This document shows positions 43,193 to 51,672 of a DNA stretch of 64,000 bases, piece after piece. This DNA comes from Vulcanimicrobiota bacterium (GTDB lineage: Bacteria; Vulcanimicrobiota; Vulcanimicrobiia; Eremiobacterales; Eremiobacteraceae), in contig CAWETU010000005.1 of the NCBI GenBank assembly GCA_963812135.1, forward strand, positions 64,001-128,000. The letters are read 5' to 3'. The notes beneath the pieces were generated by a model. That model was not told the DNA's origin. It ran no database searches and saw only the letters and a program-made list of their open reading frames with translations. Within the stretch, counting starts at the first letter, position 1; each line of letters begins with the position of its first letter. The translations under genes were made by a program, and so were the position numbers.

Positions 43193-44821
43193 TCACCACG
43201 TCCGCATCCCGGGCGCGCCATACGGATGCATCGAGATCAATTCGGTGAAGGGTCCGACGTAGGCGAGCACCGCGAGCACGACAGCCGCCAGCCCCCAGAG
43301 TCCGATGCGATCGAAGATAGCTGGTGTCGGCAGCGCCTCGTCTTGCGCTTGTGCAAAAGCCACGGGCTGATCATTTCGCTCGCGTGAGAACCGCGTGCCG
43401 ATCGCGACCGCCGCGAACATCAAAATGCTGATGAACAGGATCGTGCCGCCCACCGCCGCCGCGATCATCTCGGGCATCCACGCATGCGCGGCCGCAGTGC
43501 CGAAGTACGACACGTCATCGGTGCGGCGCGGCGAGCCCAGCAGACCGGCCCAGTGCATCGCCGTCGACATCACCAACATGCCGATGAACCAGGCCCATGT
43601 CTGCGCGAGGGCGAGTTTAGGCGCCCATAATTTGCGCCCGGTGAGCGCCGGCACGAGCCAGTACGCCGCGCCCACGAACGAGAGCGCCACCGGGCCGCCG
43701 ACCGTGACATGGAAGTGTCCGACGATCCACATCGTGTTATGGACGAGCGTGTCGATGCTGTACGACGCGTTCACCACGCCACCGGCACCGCCCAAGATGA
43801 AGAGCAGCATGCCGAGCGCCGGGCCCGAAAACGCTGGGTTGCCCCACGGCAACGAGGTGATGACGCCCCAGAAGCCGGGCCGCCCCTTTGCGCGCGCCGC
43901 CATCTCGAACGACGCGAAGATGGCGAACGCCGTCAGAATCGACGGGATGACGACGCCGTAGGTCGTCATCGTGTGGACCCACTTCCACCCCGCCGAGATG
44001 CCCGGCTCCATGAACTCGTGATGCAGTCCGACGGGCGTCGAGAGGATCAGCAGCAGTAGGAACGCGAGCCGCGTCAGTGCGTCGCTGAACACCTTGCCGC
44101 CGTAGAAGACCGGCACAATGTTGTACCAGATCAGGTACGCGCCCATGATCCAGAAGTAGACCAGCGGATGCCCGAAATACCAGAACAACATGCGCGTCAT
44201 CATGACGTCGACCGTCGGCACCCAGCCGAGCGACCACGGGATGAGGAAGACGAGCATCTCGATCGCCACGCCGATCGTGGCGATGAACCACATGACAAAC
44301 GTGCACGCCGTGCCGTGCACGACCAGAGGCAGCCGCTCGCCCGGATGAGTTTTGCGGAAATAGACGATGTTCTCGAGGATCTCGGCCAGCACGAACCAGG
44401 TGGCGACGACGAGCAGCGTCGCGCCGATGTAGAACGCCGGATGCGCTTTGAGCGGCGCGTAAAACGTGTAAAGCACTGATGCGTTGCCGCTGAGGATCGC
44501 CCACGTCGCCATCAGCGTGCCGACGAGCATCAGGAGGTAGCCCGACCAACCGAGGCGCAGCGCGCGCTCGCGCGGCACCGCGCGATACACCAAGAACAGC
44601 GACAACCCGCAGATGAAGAACGTCGTGAAGACGAGCGCCATCAACACGCCATGCGCGGTCAGCATGCGATAGTAGTCGAACCAGTGAGGCGCGACGAACG
44701 CCTTTGCGCGCGAGAACGCCTGCAGCAGCCCGAACAGCGCTCCGACGACGAGCGCTCCCGTGGCCGTGTACACGTAGGCCAGCGGCAGTCGGTTCTCGCG
44801 CTCGATCTGCGTCAACGCCAC
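43193..44821 (-). CDS. cbaA: ba3-type (family B) heme-copper oxidase subunit I
   Basis: LTAHGV, LYTFYAPL, FWYFGHPLVYFW, PVGLHH, VHNTMWIVGHFH, PRR. Confidence 0.92.
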   Translation of the reverse strand: MALTQIERENRLPLAYVYTATGALVVGALFGLLQAFSRAKAFVAPHWFDYYRMLTAHGVLMALVFTTFFICGLSLFLVYRAVPRERALRLGWSGYLLMLVGTLMATWAILSGNASVLYTFYAPLKAHPAFYIGATLLVVATWFVLAEILENIVYFRKTHPGERLPLVVHGTACTFVMWFIATIGVAIEMLVFLIPWSLGWVPTVDVMMTRMLFWYFGHPLVYFWIMGAYLIWYNIVPVFYGGKVFSDALTRLAFLLLLILSTPVGLHHEFMEPGISAGWKWVHTMTTYGVVIPSILTAFAIFASFEMAARAKGRPGFWGVITSLPWGNPAFSGPALGMLLFILGGAGGVVNASYSIDTLVHNTMWIVGHFHVTVGGPVALSFVGAAYWLVPALTGRKLWAPKLALAQTWAWFIGMLVMSTAMHWAGLLGSPRRTDDVSYFGTAAAHAWMPEMIAAAVGGTILFISILMFAAVAIGTRFSRERNDQPVAFAQAQDEALPTPAIFDRIGLWGLAAVVLAVLAYVGPFTELISMHPYGAPGMRTW

Positions 44822-44822
44822 G

Positions 44823-45290
44823 TCAGCGCACCTCGACGGTGCCGTACATATAGTGATGGCCCGCGCCGCAGTATTCGTTGCAGAGCAGCAGATATTGGCC
44901 GCGTTGACGGAACACGTGCGACGCGCTGCTCACCCAGCCGGGCACGACCAGCATGTTGACGTCGGTATTGGTGATGAAAAAGCCATGGACGACGTCCGGC
45001 GCCGTAGTGTAGAACGTGACCTTGGCGCCAAGCGGCACGTCGAGATGGCTTGGCGTGAACGAGAAGATCCTGGCGATGATGTACGCCTCGTATTCGCCGT
45101 CACGGATCTTGCGCAGCCCGGGCTTGTCGAACGGCGGTGTTTGCGCGACTCTGGCGGGATCGATCGTCTGGCGACGGCTCGGCGGGACGATGCCTTCGCT
45201 GATGGCGGCGGTCCCGATGATCCCCAAGAACACGATCAGCGCCGCGACGCCGAATCCGATCCAGATGCGTTCAACGCGATGGACGTGCAC
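44823..45290 (-). CDS. cbaB: ba3-type oxidase subunit II (CuA)
   Basis: One TM helix, DVVHGF, CNEYCGAGHHYM. Confidence 0.92.
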   Translation of the reverse strand: MHVHRVERIWIGFGVAALIVFLGIIGTAAISEGIVPPSRRQTIDPARVAQTPPFDKPGLRKIRDGEYEAYIIARIFSFTPSHLDVPLGAKVTFYTTAPDVVHGFFITNTDVNMLVVPGWVSSASHVFRQRGQYLLLCNEYCGAGHHYMYGTVEVR

Positions 45291-45291
45291 G

Positions 45292-45411
45292 TCACCACCT
45301 GCTCGCCATGAGGGCGAACATCAACACCCACACGACGACCAGAAAAATGCCAAGACCCGTCACGAACAGGGCGGTCGCCGGCAACGGCCCGTCTTGGCGA
45401 TTGTCGCTCAT
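45292..45411 (-). CDS. cbaD: ba3-type oxidase subunit IIa (39 aa, below the ORF track cutoff)
   Basis: Manual translation MSDNRQDGPLPATALFVTGLGIFLVVVWVLMFALMASRW; single TM helix directly upstream of subunit II. Confidence 0.75.
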   Translation of the reverse strand: MSDNRQDGPLPATALFVTGLGIFLVVVWVLMFALMASRW

Positions 45412-45464
45412 GCGGGACCATTCTAGCCCGGGCGCGATTATTCTACTATGAAGAAGTTGGGAAT

Positions 45465-47280
45465 TTAGCCGCGGACCGCGTCGCCGGCGGCCTCGCGCAG
45501 GCGCGCACCTTCAACCGCGACGCTCGCCAGCTGCGCGAACACTTCGATGGTCCGCACGGTCGAGTCGTCGGGCACGAGATGGTCGCGCGGCTCGTCAGGC
45601 GACAGCACGCCGATGAGCGTGCCCTGCGAGTCAAAAAACGGGAAGATGAGCAAATCGTCTTCGTGCCATTCACCGGGACCGCCGCGCGGCAAGCGCGACA
45701 GCTGCGGGTTACGCACGACGCCGCCTGGCATGTGCAGTTCCATCGGCGTGTAGTAGTATGTGTCTCGCACGCGCGCGTTCGGCGACATCGATGCGAGTAG
45801 TTCCGCGTCGGATATCTCTTGGCCGACGACCGTGTCCGGGTAGCCCAACGCGGCACGGCGCACGAACACGTTGCGCATCGGGTCGCGGACGACGATGGTA
45901 CCCGCGGCGAAGTTGAACTGGCTGAGCGCAACCTCGAGGATGCGCTTGAGGACGCGGTCCAGATCGCGCTCCTTGAAGATGGATGCGGTCAGGTCGAGGA
46001 TGCTGGATAGCCGCACGGCCTGCATGCGCCGCCCTTCGGCCGCTTGCTCCGCCTCTCGATACAGCCGTTGGATCTCGCGGTTGGTTTCGGTCAGCTCTTC
46101 GGCGCGCCGCTGCTCGGTCGTGAAGAGGTGGACGTTCTCGATGGCGGCCGCGGCGAGGTGGGCGAAGAGCGCGACGTTGTCGATCGTCCCCGCCGAAGGC
46201 ACGAAGTTGTCGGCGGGCGCGTCGGGCACGAGCAGGCCGATCACATCGCCCGACGACGAATGCAGCTGGAACATCAACGTGTCCGCTTCGTTCCACTCCT
46301 CCGGCCGGCTGCGCGCTTCGCCGAGCCGGTCGCGATCGTAGACCAACGCCGGATCGGTGTACCACGATTGCTTCTCAGCCGGCGCGTAGAAGACCCATGG
46401 GCGGATAGCAAAGCGCTTGTCCAATTTGAGATCGATCTGCGCAAACGCCACTTCGCGGTGGCGCAACATGAGCTCGACGTGCGCCGGATAGCCGCGCACC
46501 GCACTGTAGCGATAGGCGGCGCGATCGCGGTCGGCGACGAGAATCGATCCCGCGCGGAACCCGAACGCGTTGATGGTCGCTTCGAGGATCCGGTCGAGCA
46601 GCGTCGCTAATTCGCGCTCGCGCATGAGCGTCACGCTGAGCTCGACGACCTTGCGCAGCGTACTCGCTTGCGCCTTGGTCTCAGCAAGCATCGATTCTTC
46701 GATGGCGGCCGCCCGCGAGAGCTCCTCGCCGCGCCTCACCAGCGCTTGGCTGCGTTCGTCGATCTCTCGGACGAGCAGGCCGACGTTGAGCACGTTGAGC
46801 CACAGCACAGCGATCTGGAAGAACATGTTGACGGCGAGCGAGGTGTCAGCCGAGGGGTTCGTGATGTGCGCGATCACGATCACCACGGTGCCGGCCGCTC
46901 CGGAGATGAGCGCGCCCGCGTAGCGTTCGCGCGAGGCGGCGATCGCGGTGAACACCACCAATCCGACCCAGGTCGTCGGGAAAGCTTCTCTGATACGCCA
47001 GCACGAAGGCCGAAAGCGCGATGAAATCCACTACCAGCAGCGCGCGCGCCGTCCAGCGGATGACGGTCTCGCTCTGGGTCCGCCCGTTGATGTAGTACGC
47101 GACGAGCGTGCCGACCAGCCAGAACGCGATCGCGGCCGGTTTGACCCATGACGGGGCGGACTCGGGTAACGAGAACGCGATCGCGGTGCCGATGAACACC
47201 GTGATGAGGCGCACCCGCAAAATGCTGGCTTCAGCGGCGCGAGAGGCTTCGAGCGACGATTGGACGGGCGTGTTCTCCAT
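45465..47280 (-). CDS. Membrane protein with tandem GAF domains and no output domain; apparent +1 frameshift near 46978-46980
   Basis: N-terminal TM helices (start MENTPVQ) continue in the next frame into two similar GAF-like repeats (ERELATLLDRIL / ERDLDRVLKRIL; W-E-D-L-F...GLLVPD / GVLSPD). Confidence 0.65.
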
Positions 47281-47357
47281 GGTCAGGTACGCCGAAAGGG
47301 CGCCTTCCTTATTGTATCGGCAGGTCCGTCCGCGAGGGCGCGCGTAGCGGGTGCGGC

Positions 47358-47732
47358 ATGAAAGCGATCGCCACCCCCCACGCACCCGTTCCCGTCGCGG
47401 CGTATTCCCAAGGGATCGAGGCCGCGGGCTTCGTGTTCACGGCCGGCCAGGTCGGCATCGACCCCGCTACCGGCACCCTGGCCCAGGGGCTTGACGCCCA
47501 GGCCGAGGCGGCCTTCTCGAACATCGCTGCGGTCCTTCGCGCCGCCGGCCTTGGCCCCGCCGATGTCGTCAAAGTGACGATCTTCATGACGGACTTGGCG
47601 CACTTCACCCGGGTGAACGCAGTCTACGAAGGCTTCGTCGGCGCGCACCGGCCGGCGCGCTCCACCGTCGGGGTCGCAGCGCTCCCGCTTGGCGCGCTCA
47701 TCGAAGTCGAGGCGATCGCCGCCCGGCCATAG
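47358..47732 (+). CDS. RidA (YjgF/YER057c/UK114) family enamine deaminase
   Basis: YSQG, AGQVG, VVKVTIF, PARSTVGVAALP...IEVEAIA. Confidence 0.9.
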   Translation: MKAIATPHAPVPVAAYSQGIEAAGFVFTAGQVGIDPATGTLAQGLDAQAEAAFSNIAAVLRAAGLGPADVVKVTIFMTDLAHFTRVNAVYEGFVGAHRPARSTVGVAALPLGALIEVEAIAARP

Positions 47733-47735
47733 GCG

Positions 47736-48983
47736 CTACTTGTTGAGCGCAGACTCGACCTCAGCCAGCTTCGAGGCCGCTTCGGAATCTTTCGGATCTT
47801 CTGCGACCGCGATCTTGAGCTGCTCCTCGGCGAGCGGATACTTCTTCTGGGATTGATACGTCAGTCCGAGGCCGTAGTGCAGCCGCGGGTTCTTGGGCGC
47901 CAGCGCGAGGCCTTTGATGAACGCCGCCTCCGCGAGATTGTACTGGTTATGCATATAGTAGAGCGCGCCTAGATTGATGTACACGTTGCGCTCGTGCGGG
48001 TCGAGGCTGATGGCGCGCTGGAACTGCTCCACGGCTTGCGTGAAGTCGTTGAGGTGGTCGTAGGCGACGCCGAGATTCTCGTAGGCGATCGCGAGGGTCG
48101 GGTCGAGCACGATCGCATGCTTGATCTTCTCCACGCTGCCGGTGTAGTCGCCCTGATTGATGAGCTCGACGCCCCAATTATTCCATGCGAATGCATAGCG
48201 CGGGTCGATCGCGATCGATTTCTTGTACTGCGTGATGGCGTCGTCGTACCGGCCGAGCTCGCCATAGACGTTGCCGAGCAGGTTGTACGCGTCGACGTAG
48301 CGTGCGTCGCGGTCGAGCGCATATTCCAATTGCGCGATCGCGGCGTCGTATTTCTTCTCGGCCTTGTAGATCGACGCAAGATTGTAATGATTGGACGGCT
48401 CGTACGGGTTGCGCGTCTCTTCGAGCTTGTATTCGGATTCGAGCTCCCCGAGCCGGCCCTCGTCCGAGTAGAGCATGACGAGATTCGCGAAGCCCTCTTT
48501 CGAGGGCAGGCTCTTGCGGAACGCCGCGACGGCGTCATCGAAGCGATCTTCGGCGGAATAGACGCCGCCCAGTCGATTGTAGACGTCGCGGTTGGTGGGA
48601 TCGATCGAGAGCACTGCCAGGTATGCCGTTTCGGCCGCTTGATAGTGCTGCAAGCGATACTCGACGTCGCCGAGCGTGCGCTCGATCTCGATGTTGCGCG
48701 GCTCGAGCGCGACGGCTTTATGCAGCTTTTCGGCGGCGCTCTCGTTGTCGCCGCGGTCGGCATCGGCGCGCGCCGCAGCCAGCAACTGCGACGCCGACGC
48801 AGAGCGCGGGTTCGCCGGCGTGGTCACAGACGGATAGCTGGGATTGACCGGGTTGGGCGTCGGGACCACGGTCGGCGCGGGCGAGGGAGCAGGGCTGTCA
48901 GCCCGGGCGGCCGGACTGGCCGTCGCGACGGACAACGCCGCGAGCGCGGCGATGATCAGCGTATGAGAAAAACGGCTTGACAT
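47736..48983 (-). CDS. Secreted tetratricopeptide-repeat protein
   Basis: Signal peptide, Pro-rich linker, repeated AYNLLG...A...Y..AI..DP units. Confidence 0.85.
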   Translation of the reverse strand: MSSRFSHTLIIAALAALSVATASPAARADSPAPSPAPTVVPTPNPVNPSYPSVTTPANPRSASASQLLAAARADADRGDNESAAEKLHKAVALEPRNIEIERTLGDVEYRLQHYQAAETAYLAVLSIDPTNRDVYNRLGGVYSAEDRFDDAVAAFRKSLPSKEGFANLVMLYSDEGRLGELESEYKLEETRNPYEPSNHYNLASIYKAEKKYDAAIAQLEYALDRDARYVDAYNLLGNVYGELGRYDDAITQYKKSIAIDPRYAFAWNNWGVELINQGDYTGSVEKIKHAIVLDPTLAIAYENLGVAYDHLNDFTQAVEQFQRAISLDPHERNVYINLGALYYMHNQYNLAEAAFIKGLALAPKNPRLHYGLGLTYQSQKKYPLAEEQLKIAVAEDPKDSEAASKLAEVESALNK

Positions 48984-49131
48984 GGGAGTGGTTACTCGCT
49001 TGGCTGTCAGTGCGCCCGTCCATCAAGTATACTCTGGGGCGGGTGCCCGGTGCAACGCGCGACGGGACGAGGGCTCCTCGCTCGCCGTGCGAAACCGGGT
49101 CTCGGGCTTTCAACGTCTATGGAGAACATCC

Positions 49132-49476
49132 ATGCGCTACACGCTTCTCGTAGCCGCTCTCGCGGCCGCGCTGACGCTCACGGGCTGTCCGAATCCGAAC
49201 GCCATCGGCGTGCAGAAATATGGCACTGTGACGGCGACCACCGTGCTCGCGAGCAACAACCAACCGGTCGCGAACGCGCTCGTCGTCGTCAATACCGGTC
49301 CGAACGGCCAATGCTACACGCAGGCGAACGGCTCGTGCATGCTGACGAACGTGCCGGTGGGTCCGCAAGTCGTCTCCGCGTCTGCGACCGGTTTGAACGG
49401 ACCGCCCGTACAGGTCAACGTGACGACTGAGAACCAGAACTACCCCGTCACGATCCTCATGTATCCGACGACTTAA
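49132..49476 (+). CDS. Putative lipoprotein with a carboxypeptidase-regulatory-like beta domain
   Basis: GGAG RBS; LTLTGC lipobox; PVANALV...T..NG...L.NVPVG. Confidence 0.65.
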   Translation: MRYTLLVAALAAALTLTGCPNPNAIGVQKYGTVTATTVLASNNQPVANALVVVNTGPNGQCYTQANGSCMLTNVPVGPQVVSASATGLNGPPVQVNVTTENQNYPVTILMYPTT

Positions 49477-49494
49477 GCGGCCTGACGCGCCGGC

Positions 49495-50316
49495 GTGCCT
49501 GAGCTCCCCGAACTCGAGCTGCTGCGCCAGACGCTGGACGCCCGCGCCGCCGGCTGCACGATCCTCAGCGTCGTCCTCGATCCCAAGCGCGCCTTCATCA
49601 TCCGCTATCCGCCGCTGGAGTTTGCGCGCGAGCTGAGCGGCAAAGTCATCGGCGGCGTCCGACGGCGCGGCAAGTTCCTCATCTTCTCGTTCGCGGATTT
49701 CGACAAACAGCTCATCGTCAATCCGATGCTCGGCGGCCGCTTTGCGCTGGCCAGCCGAGCGGCGCCCGCGCTTCCGTCCACGTGTTTCACGTTGCAGCTC
49801 TCGAAAGCGCTCGACATCCGCTTCTTGGACTCGACGCTCATGGCGCGCATCTATCTCACGGCTGATGCCGACAACGATGTGCCCGCGTTCGCGGAGCTTG
49901 GTCCGGATGCGCTGGACCCTGAACTGACGTACGAAGAGTTCGCCAAGCGTCTACGCCGCCACCGCGGCGAGCTGAAGAACGTCCTGCGCAATCAAGCGTT
50001 CGTGGCCGGCATCGGCAACGCGTACGCTGACGAGATCTTGTTCGCGGCACGCTTGCGGCCGCTGCGACGCGCGGGAACGCTCGACGACGCGCAGCGCCGC
50101 GCCTTGTACGAAGCGATGCGCTCGACGCTGCGCGACGCGGTGGCGATCACCGCGAAGCAATACGCGGATCGCAAACATCCGCTGCACAAACAGGAACGAA
50201 GCTTCATGAAGATCCACGGGCGCAAGAAGACTGGCTGCCCACGCTGCGGCCATCGCATCTCGGTGGTCCACCCGGGCGGCGAGGCGACCTACTACTGTCG
50301 CGCTTGCCAGGTATAG
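49495..50316 (+). CDS. Fpg/Nei family DNA glycosylase
   Basis: PELPE N-terminus, RRGKFL, GIGNAYADE, C-terminal CPRC...CRAC zinc finger. Confidence 0.9.
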   Translation: MPELPELELLRQTLDARAAGCTILSVVLDPKRAFIIRYPPLEFARELSGKVIGGVRRRGKFLIFSFADFDKQLIVNPMLGGRFALASRAAPALPSTCFTLQLSKALDIRFLDSTLMARIYLTADADNDVPAFAELGPDALDPELTYEEFAKRLRRHRGELKNVLRNQAFVAGIGNAYADEILFAARLRPLRRAGTLDDAQRRALYEAMRSTLRDAVAITAKQYADRKHPLHKQERSFMKIHGRKKTGCPRCGHRISVVHPGGEATYYCRACQV

Positions 50317-50337
50317 CGGTCGAATTTATTCGACCGT
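50313..50337 (+). repeat. REP-like palindrome, copy 4
   Basis: ATAG-CGGTCGAATTTATTCGACCG-T; its TAG is the stop codon of the Fpg gene. Confidence 0.85.
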
Positions 50338-50378
50338 AAACCGCAAGGCGCGTCGCCGACAACGGAGAAGCCGCCCCC

Positions 50379-51515
50379 ATGACGCGAGAGAAGATTTTTC
50401 AGGTCCTCACCGTGTTGGGCATCGGCGCCGCGATCGCCGCGGGCGCGGGTTGCGGCCCCGGCGCCAACGGCAACGGCGGTGGTGGCGGCAATCCCCCGCC
50501 GACTCCGCCGATCCCAGCGGATATCTACTACGTCAACACCGGCGAGACCGCGAATCGGGTCGCCGCGCAAAACTCCGCGCCTGTCGCGTCAGGCGGCATC
50601 CCCTCCCCGCTGCCAGGCTCGCCCTTCGCCACCGCCCAAAACGGCGCAACCGGCGCGCCGTTCGGCATCGCGCTCGCCAAAGGCGGCACGCTGTTGTACG
50701 CCGTCAATTCCAACTCGAACAACGTCACGGCGTTTTCAGTCGCAGCGAACGGCACACTGACCATCATCTCGCCGACGAGTGTCACGGGCGGCACGACTCC
50801 GTCCGGCATCTGCGTGAATCCGGCGAGCTCGCTTGCTGTCGTGGTGGACGCGTCTGGTGCAGTGGACACCTTCACCATCAATGGCGGCACGGGTGCGCTT
50901 GTCAACGCCCATACGGCCAACGGCTTGAACACGCCGGTGACGTGCGCATTTTCTCAAGATGGAGCCCACGTCTATGTCACGAGCGCCGCGGGCATCTACG
51001 GATACAGCATCGATGCAGCCGGCGACTTGGTCGCGACCAGTGGTTCGCCATATAACATCCCGAACTCGTTCCAAGGCATCGCGACCACGTCGATCGCCGT
51101 GTTCGCCGCCAGCCTCAGCACGAGTGCGCTTGGCGTCTTCCTGATCAACGCAGATGGCTCGCTCAGCTTCCAGCAATTCGCGCCGGTGGCGGCAGCGCCA
51201 TATGGAGTCGCACTCACGCCGAGCGGCAACGCGATCTACGTCGCGTGTGCGGGGTTGAGGGCGGTTGATGGTTTCAGCATCAGCGGCCTCACGTTGAACC
51301 GGCTGGCTGGTGCGCCATATCCGACGCAGGCGAACAAGAGCGCGTATTTGTCGGTGAGCAGCGCCGGCAATCTGCTGGTCGTGCTCGACGAACTCGATCT
51401 TGCGGTGACGCTCTTCGCCATCAATAGCGACGGCACGCTCGGCTTCGCACCGACCAACATCTACGGCATCGGCGTGCCGGCAGGCGCGAACCCGGCCGCT
51501 GTGGTCGCGCGCTAG
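50379..51515 (+). CDS. Lactonase-like beta-propeller lipoprotein
   Basis: AGAGC lipobox-like signal; repeated GSPF/Y, P.GIA...G..LY.N blades. Confidence 0.7.
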   Translation: MTREKIFQVLTVLGIGAAIAAGAGCGPGANGNGGGGGNPPPTPPIPADIYYVNTGETANRVAAQNSAPVASGGIPSPLPGSPFATAQNGATGAPFGIALAKGGTLLYAVNSNSNNVTAFSVAANGTLTIISPTSVTGGTTPSGICVNPASSLAVVVDASGAVDTFTINGGTGALVNAHTANGLNTPVTCAFSQDGAHVYVTSAAGIYGYSIDAAGDLVATSGSPYNIPNSFQGIATTSIAVFAASLSTSALGVFLINADGSLSFQQFAPVAAAPYGVALTPSGNAIYVACAGLRAVDGFSISGLTLNRLAGAPYPTQANKSAYLSVSSAGNLLVVLDELDLAVTLFAINSDGTLGFAPTNIYGIGVPAGANPAAVVAR

Positions 51516-51625
51516 TTATCCACAGTGGGCTGACTTATGCACATGCCGACGCTGGGCCAACGCGGATGAGTTCGACCTACACATAAGTCGAAATGCCGCG
51601 CCGTCGCAGGCGCCGCAACCAACAT

Positions 51626-51657
51626 CCCGGGATCATTCGATCTCGGGTTTCTTTTTT
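51626..51657 (+). terminator. Intrinsic terminator-like hairpin immediately upstream of the glnA RBS
   Basis: CCCGGGATC-ATTC-GATCTCGGG followed by TTTCTTTTTT. Confidence 0.7.
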
Positions 51658-51672
51658 CAAGGAGGGATTGCA

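Noticed and set aside
51552..51564. Resemblance to the 5' end of the cyanobacterial glutamine (glnA) riboswitch, CGTTGGCCCAG
   Set aside because: The match is on the wrong strand and the rest of the three-way junction is absent
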